DNA from: a virus
Direction: 5' to 3' (one strand)
DNA length: 64,000 bases
Virus record (IMG/VR): IMGVR_UViG_3300037474_000073
Every line of letters begins with the position of its first letter. Positions within the stretch are counted from its first letter, which is position 1. Position numbers and translations under genes: made by a program. Under the pieces are notes generated by a model that saw only the letters and a program-made list of their open reading frames with translations, ran no database searches and had not been told where the DNA came from. Shown in pieces: positions 42,826 through 51,018 of the stretch.

Positions 42826-43042
42826 ACCCGGTTACCAGCCGGACCCCATCTCGGATCGGGTCACATTGGGCGGTTGGTAGCCGCTTCACATTGCCTTCAC
42901 TCCGGTGAACCGCTGCCGCATGAGGTCTTGCGCCCCACTGCCGGGGATGCCTCCCCGACACGCTCGAATACGCTCGCTGCTTTGTCCCGGTTCCAGACAT
43001 TTGAGCGGGGTCGGAACCGGGAAGCTCCACCGCTTGGCTTGA

Positions 43043-43291
43043 TCAGATTTCGAACATCGGGGTCAGGTCGGCGTACATGCTGTCGTCGTACTTCGCGGGC
43101 GTCCATCCGTCGGACGCGATCAGGTAGCCGTGACCGAACAGGACCGACTCGACGGTGCTCATCTCGGCGGGATACGTGCCGGCCGGACCGCAGACGCCCG
43201 CATACCGGTTCTGGATCACGGTCACCGTGCCGACGGCGTAGTCGAACGACGCCTCGAAGGTGACCGGGTCGGCCTTGCTCGGGTAGTGCAT
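43043..43291 (-). CDS. hypothetical protein (82 aa)
   Basis: ATG after CCGAGAGAGCGGAGCACCC. First gene downstream of the promoter module at 43397. Confidence 0.6.
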   Translation of the reverse strand: MHYPSKADPVTFEASFDYAVGTVTVIQNRYAGVCGPAGTYPAEMSTVESVLFGHGYLIASDGWTPAKYDDSMYADLTPMFEI

Positions 43292-43396
43292 GGGTGCTCC
43301 GCTCTCTCGGGCTGTGCTGTAAAGCAGGGCGGCGCCTGTCTCCGGTATGAGCCTTGCGGTCTGCCGGCGCTCTCACCGCCCTGCCTTACGAGAACT

Positions 43397-43447
43397 ACTG
43401 TACCCCCACGTACCGAGCAGCACAAGCCATCCGCGCAAGTTCTTTGC
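43397..43447 (-). promoter_or_regulatory. conserved promoter module (variant)
   Basis: Minus strand: GTGGGGGTACAGT (43397-43409), -35 TTGTGC (43420-43425) at a 17-bp spacing, and a degenerate palindrome GCAAAGAACTTGC (43435-43447). Confidence 0.5.
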
Positions 43448-43501
43448 GGGACCGCCTGAGAGCCTCTGTACCGTTGATCAACTCGCTACCCTCACTGACC
43501 C

Positions 43502-44299
43502 CTACACCGGCCCCGAATCGTCAGCGTGGCGCTCAGCGGGCGGGCGGGCGGCTAGCTTGGCGGCGTGGCGCGCCTCGAGCCCGTGGGACCGCGCCTCGGC
43601 GTGCTGCCGCTGAAACCTCGCGTTCCACTCCCGCTGCCGCTGCTTCGCCGTCATGCACGGACCCAGGTGCGGCTCACCGCCCCGATCGCAGCCGGTCGCG
43701 TCATGCGTCACCTCGCCGAGCGACCGACCCGGCACGACCCGGTACTCCCGCACGAGCTGCTCGGTCGACGGGCGGGCAACCTCGAGGGTCCGCTGCGCGC
43801 ACACCGCGGTCAGGCTGTCGGTGCCCGTTCTCGAGCAGGCGCACCCCTCGACGTGCTGCATCTGAATCAAACCCTCATCGACGAGAGGCGCCAGCGCATC
43901 CAGCTCGGCGGCAAACTCCCGGCTCAGCGTCGCCGGCACCGAAACCCCGAGATCCCGCCGGCCGCGATATGCCTGCGTCCACCGCGTCGCGACCACCGTG
44001 TCCGGCCAGTCCCGACCCGGTTGCTGATTCGGGTGCGGGATCCGGATCCAGTACGGCCCGGCCGGCGTACCTTGCTCGATCGCTCCCCTGACGCCCTCTG
44101 CGATCTGCTCGAGCGTGAACGCGTACGGCGTCCACTCGCCGGCCGTGACCGACGGATGCCCGTCCCGCTCGGTCGTCCGGTACGGAGCCAGCCGCATCCG
44201 GTACAGCCCGAACCCCGGCTTGCCAGGCGCCCGGACCCGGCTCTTCGAGATCTCCACCCCGACCCAGCCCGCCTCGGTCCGTACCCGCTGCTCATCCAT
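43502..44299 (-). CDS. hypothetical protein (265 aa)
   Basis: Long ORF. No domain recognised. Confidence 0.6.
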   Translation of the reverse strand: MDEQRVRTEAGWVGVEISKSRVRAPGKPGFGLYRMRLAPYRTTERDGHPSVTAGEWTPYAFTLEQIAEGVRGAIEQGTPAGPYWIRIPHPNQQPGRDWPDTVVATRWTQAYRGRRDLGVSVPATLSREFAAELDALAPLVDEGLIQMQHVEGCACSRTGTDSLTAVCAQRTLEVARPSTEQLVREYRVVPGRSLGEVTHDATGCDRGGEPHLGPCMTAKQRQREWNARFQRQHAEARSHGLEARHAAKLAARPPAERHADDSGPV

Positions 44300-44664
44300 T
44301 ACTCACCCGCCGCAATCCGCTTGGCAGCCTTGATCGTGCCCACGAATACCAGCGGACAGGACAGCACCTCGGCCGCCCGACCTGCCTCGGAGATTCCACC
44401 CAGCGCGATCCCGACCGGCTCCATCACGTCGTCGGTCCATCCGATGATCGCGTACACGCCCCGCCCGTACTCTTCGTCGCTGACCGCCCACAGCGGCCAT
44501 CCCTGAACCTGCATCACCACTTCCCTCGGCCGGCACGGTGACCCGCGCCGCTCTCTCGTCTCCCACGCCAGACACCGCACACAACGGCGCTGGGTCACTC
44601 GCCAGGAACACCGGCGCGTCCCGAACACCGCGTCGTCCGCATCCCGCCACCCGTGCTCAGTCAT
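44299..44664 (-). CDS. hypothetical protein (121 aa), N-terminal Cys cluster
   Basis: Trimmed to the ATG that overlaps the upstream stop (TGATG). Confidence 0.5.
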   Translation of the reverse strand: MTEHGWRDADDAVFGTRRCSWRVTQRRCVRCLAWETRERRGSPCRPREVVMQVQGWPLWAVSDEEYGRGVYAIIGWTDDVMEPVGIALGGISEAGRAAEVLSCPLVFVGTIKAAKRIAAGE

Positions 44665-44885
44665 CAGACCATCCTGTATCTGAGTGCGGGATCGCCTCGC
44701 AGCACGTGCGCCCCGCCCCTGACTCCGTTCGATAGATCGCTCGGCATGATCGGTACTGCGTACGGCAGCCCGGTCCCCGACTCGAACCCGACCACCAGGT
44801 AAGTGATCACGGTCGCGTCCTCGGGGTCGGTGGTCGTCGCCCACAGCGGACACCGCACCGGAATGATCTCTGCATGGGTCTGCAT
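44664..44885 (-). CDS. hypothetical protein (73 aa)
   Basis: ATG after TCGAGAGAGAGACGTC. Confidence 0.55.
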   Translation of the reverse strand: MQTHAEIIPVRCPLWATTTDPEDATVITYLVVGFESGTGLPYAVPIMPSDLSNGVRGGAHVLRGDPALRYRMV

Positions 44886-44923
44886 GACGTCTCTCTCTCG
44901 ATCTTTACTAGTCGTATGACAAC

Positions 44924-45154
44924 GGGGGAACGGGGGAACAGGGGAACATGTTCCCCCTAGGGTGTCTCTCGCGGTGCTCCTCGCGTAACGCGAATCAAAC
45001 TTGTCTTATATTTATATTTATCTATATACGCAGGTCAGACCACATATCACGGAAATTCGTTGATCCTGCAATAATTGCGGTCGCAAACAAAAAGTGTCCG
45101 CGCGACACACACAGGGGGGAACAGGGGCGATGTTCCCCCCTAAAACGTTCCCCC
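44924..45154. repeat. origin-like region: GGGGAAC iterons flanking an AT-rich core
   Basis: GGGGGAAC at 44924 and 44932, GGGGAAC at 44941, inverted GTTCCCCC at 44950-44957 (palindrome GGGGAACATGTTCCCC 44941-44956). AT-rich 45004-45028. GCAATAATTGC 45068-45078. GTGTCCGCGCGACAC 45094-45108. GGGGGGAAC 45114-45122. GTTCCCCCC 45132-45140. GTTCCCCC 45147-45154. Confidence 0.55.
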
Positions 45155-45166
45155 GTACAAAACCGG

Positions 45167-46711
45167 TCATGACGGACTGTCCGAACCGAGCACCAGACAC
45201 CCGTCGACCTCTTCCTCGGCGATCCACCCGACCCGCCGAGCGTGCGCCAGAGCGGCATCGAAGAACGCCTTGTCGCGGCCCATCTTGTCTTTCTTGAGCG
45301 ACCACCTCTTGACCGGATCGAACGTCTCGTTGACGATCCGGTGGATCCGGCGGGCCACTCGTTCCACGTCCGAGCTGACCGCCACCTTCATGACCTCGAG
45401 CTCGGTCGCCTCGGCCAGACGAGCGGTCCGCTTCTCCTCGGCGAGACGTGCGTTCTCCTCATCTCGGTGCCGGATCAGCCGGTTCCGGATCGCCACCGAG
45501 ACCGACCAGATCATGCCGGCCAGGACCCAGTCGTCGCGGTTGACCAGCATCCGGCCGTCGAGGTAGCAGAGCAGGGCCGACAGCTTGGCGCGCATCAGCG
45601 GCTCGTGCGAGTCCATCGGGTCGAACTGGATCGTTCCGCGATGTTTGCCCCAGATCTGATGCCGGAACCACTTGCGGAGCTCGGCAGGGAACTGGATGAC
45701 ACCTGTCCGGCGCTCTTCGGCCGGCACGGTCATTGGCTCGGGGAACTCGAAGTCCTCTTCAGGGTCGGGCATCTCGGTGTCCGTGGCGCCGAACCAGAGG
45801 AACCGCTGCGGTGTGCCTGGACCGACGTCGGACAGCATGGCGACCGCGGTCTCGGGCTGGTAGCCGATGATGACGCCCATCGTGTACGACTCGGCTGGCA
45901 CGAGGCGGAACCGGTCCTCGCTCGCGTTCGCCTGGCTCAGCGTGCCGCCCGACCATGCCGTGCGCAGGTGCGGGCCGAGGGTGGCGCCAGACCGTTCGTG
46001 CATCAGCTTGGTCAGTGCCTCGCCCTCGTCGACGAAGAAGAACGCTCGGTGCCGGACCGCACGGCGGACCTTGACCATCTCGGGCTCGGGCACCGCGTTA
46101 CGACCACGCCCCCTGATCGCCATCTTGACCGAGCCGTCGGGGTTGGTCGCCTCGAGTTCGACCGTTCCCATGTAGGTCTCGGCCAGGCCCTCGCCGGTGC
46201 TGATGTTCAGACCGTCGCGGAACACGTCCATGTTCACCGCGCCGCCCGGTTCGAGCAGGTAGCTCGGCAGCCGGGTCAGCCGCTTGGCCGCCTTGTACGC
46301 ATCCGACTTGCCGATGCCGGACCCCGAGAGCAGGCAGGCGAACAGCGACAGCGTGCCGATCGACTTTCCTGTGTCGAACGTGACCTCGTGCCCGATGGCG
46401 CCGGCCGCTCGTGCGAGCACGCATGCGAGCACCGCGTCGGGATGGGTCTGACTCGCCCACGCCGCCTGCCGTATGGCCTTGAACATCTCGCGGGCGCCCC
46501 AGAACTCCTCGGGCAGCCGGTAGCGGGCGGCGATGGCCTCCTGAGCCGTCATCTCGGCGGGCGTATCCGCCGTCACGTGCGGTTCGATCCCCGCCCCGTA
46601 CACCTCGTCGAGCGGGAACCCCGAGTCGTCGGTCATGCCCTCCCACAGGTCGTCCGGCACGTGTGCGCCCTCGGCGGGCGTCACGCCGGCACCGCGGCCA
46701 CGGGCGGCCAT
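45167..46711 (-). CDS. DUF3987-type replicative helicase / replication initiator-like ATPase
   Basis: Walker A LSGSGIGKSD, Walker B FFFVDEGE. 514 aa (alternative start ATG 46636). Confidence 0.65.
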   Translation of the reverse strand: MAARGRGAGVTPAEGAHVPDDLWEGMTDDSGFPLDEVYGAGIEPHVTADTPAEMTAQEAIAARYRLPEEFWGAREMFKAIRQAAWASQTHPDAVLACVLARAAGAIGHEVTFDTGKSIGTLSLFACLLSGSGIGKSDAYKAAKRLTRLPSYLLEPGGAVNMDVFRDGLNISTGEGLAETYMGTVELEATNPDGSVKMAIRGRGRNAVPEPEMVKVRRAVRHRAFFFVDEGEALTKLMHERSGATLGPHLRTAWSGGTLSQANASEDRFRLVPAESYTMGVIIGYQPETAVAMLSDVGPGTPQRFLWFGATDTEMPDPEEDFEFPEPMTVPAEERRTGVIQFPAELRKWFRHQIWGKHRGTIQFDPMDSHEPLMRAKLSALLCYLDGRMLVNRDDWVLAGMIWSVSVAIRNRLIRHRDEENARLAEEKRTARLAEATELEVMKVAVSSDVERVARRIHRIVNETFDPVKRWSLKKDKMGRDKAFFDAALAHARRVGWIAEEEVDGCLVLGSDSPS

Positions 46712-47043
46712 TCACAGTCGGGCAGCCGGACCGGCGCGGGCACGTCGTAGTCGAGCAGCCCGGCGTCGGCGGCCGCCGCGCGCCTGCGCCGGGCGAGGGC
46801 GTCGGCGGTCTCCCGTCCGGAGAACGGCGCCGCGGTCCGGGCGACGTGCAGTGCGTCGAGATTGAGTTCGACCACCGAGGCGACGCCGTCCGCGTGCCCT
46901 CGCCAGTAGGCCTCGTCGGTGGCGATCTCGGAGCCCCAGCGCATCGCCTGCTTCATCCACCAGGCGAGCTGTGTTCCGGTGAACATCGCCTCAGGGTCGG
47001 CGAGCGCTGCGGTCATTCGGGTGATTCGGTTATGATCTGACAT
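46681..47043 (-). CDS. hypothetical protein (120 aa)
   Basis: ORF upstream of the helicase gene. Confidence 0.55.
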   Translation of the reverse strand: MSDHNRITRMTAALADPEAMFTGTQLAWWMKQAMRWGSEIATDEAYWRGHADGVASVVELNLDALHVARTAAPFSGRETADALARRRRAAAADAGLLDYDVPAPVRLPDCEWPPVAAVPA

Positions 47044-47067
47044 GAGTCCGGCCTTTCTCGGTGCATA

Positions 47068-47098
47068 CAGCCCCCGTCGCTGACCACGGCGGGGGCTG
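47068..47098 (-). terminator. stem-loop
   Basis: CAGCCCCCG-13 nt-CGGGGGCTG, between stop 47108 and start 47043. Confidence 0.45.
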
Positions 47099-47107
47099 AC
47101 TCGTCTC

Positions 47108-47287
47108 TTACGGCTGTCGCAGGGCAGACCGGATCGCCTGGGTGAACTCGGCGAACTCTTCGGGGGCGATGACCGTCCAGCCGTGGGCGCGCAGGATGAT
47201 CGCCTTCTTCTCGTCGGCGTTGCGACGGCGGGTCGCCTGCGCAGCCGCGATCCGGCGCTGTCCCGCCGTCATCTCACTGGTGCTCAT
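47108..47287 (-). CDS. hypothetical protein (59 aa)
   Basis: MSTSEMTAGQRRIAAAQATRRRNADEKKAIILRAHGWTVIAPEEFAEFTQAIRSALRQP. ATG after GAGGGGGTGAAGAG. One residue below the track cutoff. Confidence 0.45.
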   Translation of the reverse strand: MSTSEMTAGQRRIAAAQATRRRNADEKKAIILRAHGWTVIAPEEFAEFTQAIRSALRQP

Positions 47288-47346
47288 GTCTCTTCACCCC
47301 CTCGGGCATTCTCGCACCTCATCCTACCGACAGTTGACCATGTGGT

Positions 47347-47751
47347 CTATCGTGCGTCCGGATGCACCCGCACCGGATCAGAGGACCGGGCGACGCCGGG
47401 CCGGGACAGTTCCCACCGACCGTCGACCAGGCGGGACTCGTAGACGCCCGCGCCGAGCGCCAGGCACAGTCGCTGCAGCACCTCCGGTGCCGCTTCGGCC
47501 GCTCGGTTCACCTCGCAGTCGAACAACGACCGCCCACCCGACCGGCATGCGAGCGGGTGCTGGATCGTCCACCCGTCGTCACGCAGCTCGATCAGGTGCG
47601 GCTCATTGTCGTCCACGATCCGCAGCCCCGGTATCGCCGCGACGACCGCCTCGGCCGCCCGTTCGGCGTCGCCCCCCGCGTCGGCCATGTCCTGTGAGCT
47701 GTAGTAGTCGGCAATCGCCCCCGCGATCCGTACGGTCAGGTCGTCAGTCAT
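47347..47751 (-). CDS. hypothetical protein (134 aa)
   Basis: Trimmed to the ATG that overlaps the upstream stop region. Confidence 0.55.
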   Translation of the reverse strand: MTDDLTVRIAGAIADYYSSQDMADAGGDAERAAEAVVAAIPGLRIVDDNEPHLIELRDDGWTIQHPLACRSGGRSLFDCEVNRAAEAAPEVLQRLCLALGAGVYESRLVDGRWELSRPGVARSSDPVRVHPDAR

Positions 47752-47980
47752 CGGTGACCACCTCAAAACCCTCGCCGGCGAGCAGCGCCGCAATCAGGGC
47801 ACGGACCGAAGCAGGGTCATCGTTGTCCGTCCAGGCCAGTTCTTGCTGCACTCGCCGGATCAATTCCGGCGTGATGCGCACACGTGTCGCGATCTCAATG
47901 GCCGCCGTTACGCGCGACTCGGGATCGGCGATCTCTGCCGCCTCATGTGCCGCCTGCCGCCGTACGTCGAGCGAGTTCAC
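47744..47980 (-). CDS. hypothetical protein (78 aa)
   Basis: GTGA overlap with the upstream stop. Confidence 0.5.
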   Translation of the reverse strand: MNSLDVRRQAAHEAAEIADPESRVTAAIEIATRVRITPELIRRVQQELAWTDNDDPASVRALIAALLAGEGFEVVTDD

Positions 47981-48312
47981 TTCGCCGCCTCGCGTGCCGC
48001 CGCTGTGGCCTTGCCCTCGCTGATCGCCTTGCGGTAGTCGTCGATCCACTGGTCGACCAGCCGCTTGGATTCCGGCGAGAGCATGTCGACGGCGAGTTCG
48101 CCGTCCAGTTCGGTCAGCCCGTGCAGACGCCGGATGATCATTACCGCCCGACCGTACAGCTCGACCGTCTCCTTGGTGCCGAGTCCGGCCTCCCGGAACA
48201 GCCGGCCGACCTCTTTCTTCGCCTCGGATTTGGCGACCAGCATGAATGTCGTCGGGACGGCGATCAGCAGCGTCCCGAAGAACGTCGCCACGATCGCGAA
48301 CAGGGTCGTCAT
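47977..48312 (-). CDS. N-terminally membrane-anchored protein (111 aa)
   Basis: Trimmed from the off-frame track ORF (start 48951). ATGA overlap. TM segment LFAIVATFFGTLLIAVPTTFMLV. Confidence 0.55.
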   Translation of the reverse strand: MTTLFAIVATFFGTLLIAVPTTFMLVAKSEAKKEVGRLFREAGLGTKETVELYGRAVMIIRRLHGLTELDGELAVDMLSPESKRLVDQWIDDYRKAISEGKATAAAREAAK

Positions 48313-49007
48313 CGGTTCGTCTCCTTCTGTAGCGCGCGGGCGACCCGCGCGGCCTTGGCTCTGACGTCGGCGATGCGGCGCGCGGTGCGCTCGCTCGCCA
48401 GCTTGCGGTAGTCGGCCCGCAGGGCGAGCACGTACGACTCGGTGATGCCGAGTCTGACGGCGATCTCGCCGGCGGTCAGGAACCCGGTTTCGTAGCGGTT
48501 CCCGCGCCGGTACAGCGTCTCGATCGCGAGCTGCCGCTCCCGTGTGGTCGGCGAGTCGCTGAACCCGGTCGTCAGCAACAGCACGTTGACCCGTGAGACG
48601 CGGGTCTGCGGTCCGCGCCACTTCTGTACCGAGTAGGGGTCCTCGGTCTCCTTGCGCTTGAGCCGGGTGAGCCGCTGCACCTCGAGCCGCCGGGCGTGCC
48701 GCTGGACGGCGAGCGGGCACCGGCAGCCGGCCGCGTACGCCGCCTGGTTGTCGTGCTTGTCGCTCGGGCAGTCTGGTCGCAGGGCGACGACCGTCGCGGG
48801 TTTCGGTGACGCCGCTCCGCGCTTGAGCGCGAGCGCCGCCTCGTGCGCCGCGACCGCCTCGGGGCACCGGCACCGGTTCTTCTTCCATGCCGACTGCGTG
48901 CCGTGCGTCGCCGCCGGGCAGTTCGGGTCGGTTCGCGGGCGTGAGTTCCACGCGACCCCCGTCTCTCCGCGCAGTGCCCCCTTGGTCTTCTCCATCATGT
49001 CGGTCAC
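48309..49007 (-). CDS. DNA-binding protein with sigma-70 region-4-like HTH and two Cys motifs
   Basis: Contains ..RCRCPEAV.. and ..GCRCPLAV.. plus a C-terminal LTAGEIAVRLGITESYVLALR. Confidence 0.55.
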   Translation of the reverse strand: MTDMMEKTKGALRGETGVAWNSRPRTDPNCPAATHGTQSAWKKNRCRCPEAVAAHEAALALKRGAASPKPATVVALRPDCPSDKHDNQAAYAAGCRCPLAVQRHARRLEVQRLTRLKRKETEDPYSVQKWRGPQTRVSRVNVLLLTTGFSDSPTTRERQLAIETLYRRGNRYETGFLTAGEIAVRLGITESYVLALRADYRKLASERTARRIADVRAKAARVARALQKETNR

Positions 49008-49516
49008 AGCGTCACGCCCCGACCGTCAGCCTCGGCACGGATGGCGTCGAGCGCGTCGGAGACCGGATCACTCGTGACCATCATGTTGATCCGCTCGTAC
49101 ACCGCCCGCAACACCGACGCGACCACCTCGTTGCGGCGTTCGAACACGGTCTCGATCCCGTCGGCGACCGCCTGGCTGATCTGTGCTGCCGTGATGGCGG
49201 CCGGCAGCGATTCCGGCGAGCGCAGCCCGTGCCGGTCGGCGAACGGCGTCACCTCGTCCGTCGCTTCGGCCCATGCCCCCCGCAGCACGAACCGCCGCAA
49301 GGGTCGGCCGACCGCGTCAACATCTCGCTCCCACGTAACGGGGTAGCGCTTTACGATCTCGTTCGCGATCCGATAGGCGTTCTCCTCGGCGTTACCTACG
49401 CCGTCCTCGCTCAGGTCGACGGGTCCGTTCTGGATTACGACGCTGAGCGACCGTGCCGCGGTGACTCTTGCCGCATCGCTGGACTCCGGTGCGCCCGGAT
49501 CCTGGATCTCTGTCAT
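49004..49516 (-). CDS. hypothetical protein (170 aa)
   Basis: ATG after CCCGAGAGGAACGAGAGAG. Confidence 0.6.
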   Translation of the reverse strand: MTEIQDPGAPESSDAARVTAARSLSVVIQNGPVDLSEDGVGNAEENAYRIANEIVKRYPVTWERDVDAVGRPLRRFVLRGAWAEATDEVTPFADRHGLRSPESLPAAITAAQISQAVADGIETVFERRNEVVASVLRAVYERINMMVTSDPVSDALDAIRAEADGRGVTL

Positions 49517-49568
49517 CTCTCTCGTTCCTCTCGGGAATGCGGGGCGGCCTCGCGACCGCCCCGCTCGT

Positions 49569-49802
49569 TCAGCCTCGGGCAGGGTTGACTGTCCAGTCGG
49601 TCGTCAGTACGTAGCGCTCCAATGCCACGACCTCGCCGGCGACCTTCGTGGTCGTGGTCTCCCGCTCGGCGTACCGGAACTCGCCGACGATCTCCTTCGC
49701 GGTGGCGCGGACGTCACCGACGATGTCCGGACCGGAAATCGTGTCGGCGATCAGGGTCTCGACCGCCTCGCGAGCGGTCACGTCCTCTTCGGGCTTGCGC
49801 AT
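49569..49802 (-). CDS. hypothetical protein (77 aa)
   Basis: ORF downstream of the clamp gene. Confidence 0.55.
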   Translation of the reverse strand: MRKPEEDVTAREAVETLIADTISGPDIVGDVRATAKEIVGEFRYAERETTTTKVAGEVVALERYVLTTDWTVNPARG

Positions 49803-49836
49803 TGCGTCTCCTTCTCGTCCCCGGCTCGGTGCCGGG

Positions 49837-51018
49837 TCAGCTCAGTACAACCATCGGCATGATCGCGTGTTGCCAGTTCGGGTCGTTGGGGCTGGTCAGT
49901 ACGATCGGCCGGCGGGTGAACTCTCCGACCTCGAAGCGCACCTCCACCTTGTCGCCGGGCACCGACCCGAGTGCCTCGGCCAGCCATTGCGGGTTGGTCG
50001 CGATCGAGCCGGACTCGCCGGTGTAGTCCACGTCGACCTGCTCGTTGCCGTCCTGGTCGAGATCCTTCTCGCTGGACGCGATGGTCAGCGTGCCGTCGGT
50101 GAACCGCAGCTTGACCGGTCCCTCCTTGCCCCGTACGATCGCCGCCCGCTTGAGCGGCATCGCCACCTCGGCGGGCTCGAGCACCGCCAGTCCGGCGTAG
50201 TTCTGTGCCTGGGCGAAGTTGCCGTCGAGGTGGATCGCCGGCCAGCCGTTCGGACCCGGATCGCCGAGGCGCATGACCAGCGACCGCGCGGGCGAGGTCA
50301 GCGAGATCCCGCCGTCGTGCAGCCCGATCGTGATTCGGCCGGGTCCGGTGAACGACGCGGCGGCGTCGATGAGGTTCGTTCCGTACGGGGTCGCCGACCG
50401 GCCGTATGCCGCGCCCTCGGCGTCGGGCGTCCACGGCAGCACGGTCTTGGCGACCCGGTACCGGTCGGTCGCGTAGACGGTGAGGTTGCTGTCGCCGGTC
50501 TCGTCGCCGAACCCGAGGAACATCTGCCGGAACACGGTCGTGTTATCGGGGTCTTTCAGGTTGGCGACGCCGACCCGTGCGATCGCGGCGGCGAATTGGT
50601 CGCCGTCGACCGATCCGATGGACGGCAGTTCGGCGGTCAGGCCGGGCCAGTCGTCCTCGCTGAACGTCGGCATCGTGCCGACCCAGCGCCCGACGGTGAG
50701 CATCAGGTGCCCGTTGCCGGCGGTGCCGATGCGCACGACCTGGTTGCCGCGGAACGTCGCGGCGAGCTCGCCGAGCAGGCGCCCGGACACGATCGCGATG
50801 CCGGCCGGCGTGTCGGTCAGGTTCTCCTCGGTGAGCACGGTCGCCCGCGCGGTCGCGTTCTCGTTGTACGTGGTGACGGTCAGCTTGCCGTCGCCGACCT
50901 CGAGCGCGACGCCGAGCCCAATCGGTGCCGCCGGCCGTGCCCCGATCCACTTGACCGCCCACGCCACGGCGGCCGCGAACGGCGCCGCCTTGACGGTGAC
51001 CTCTCCGGTGATCGTCAT
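49837..51018 (-). CDS. dnaN: DNA polymerase III beta sliding clamp
   Basis: Trimmed from track start 51192 to the ATG that overlaps the upstream stop (ATGA). Contains ATDRYRVA, NPQWLAEAL and a C-terminal AIMPMV. 393 aa. Confidence 0.85.
   Translation of the reverse strand: MTITGEVTVKAAPFAAAVAWAVKWIGARPAAPIGLGVALEVGDGKLTVTTYNENATARATVLTEENLTDTPAGIAIVSGRLLGELAATFRGNQVVRIGTAGNGHLMLTVGRWVGTMPTFSEDDWPGLTAELPSIGSVDGDQFAAAIARVGVANLKDPDNTTVFRQMFLGFGDETGDSNLTVYATDRYRVAKTVLPWTPDAEGAAYGRSATPYGTNLIDAAASFTGPGRITIGLHDGGISLTSPARSLVMRLGDPGPNGWPAIHLDGNFAQAQNYAGLAVLEPAEVAMPLKRAAIVRGKEGPVKLRFTDGTLTIASSEKDLDQDGNEQVDVDYTGESGSIATNPQWLAEALGSVPGDKVEVRFEVGEFTRRPIVLTSPNDPNWQHAIMPMVVLS

Noticed and set aside
42824-43030. 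68-aa track ORF on the minus strand
   Set aside because: GC3 is about 62% by manual count, against roughly 85-90% in the confident genes I hand-checked (e.g. the start of ssb). No RBS, and the ORF overlaps predicted RNA hairpins.
42712-43042. tmRNA gene (the T-arm is identical in style to actinobacterial ssrA 3' ends, and there is a GGTTCCGAC resembling the 5' GGTTTCGAC box)
   Set aside because: No 5' strand complementary to the TCGCGCA acceptor at the right distance. No G3:U70-type acceptor or encoded CCA. No tag ORF ending in ..LAA.
43502-44299. Possible integrase near the tRNA-like element
   Set aside because: No R..HxxR..Y tyrosine-recombinase pattern and no N-terminal serine-recombinase motif could be found in this or any neighbouring ORF.
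44948-45305. Track ORFs inside the AT-rich gap (44948-45172 plus strand; 45018-45305 and 45022-45258 minus strand)
   Set aside because: They cross the iteron/AT-rich region, have no RBS and have atypical composition. The region is better explained as non-coding (origin-like).
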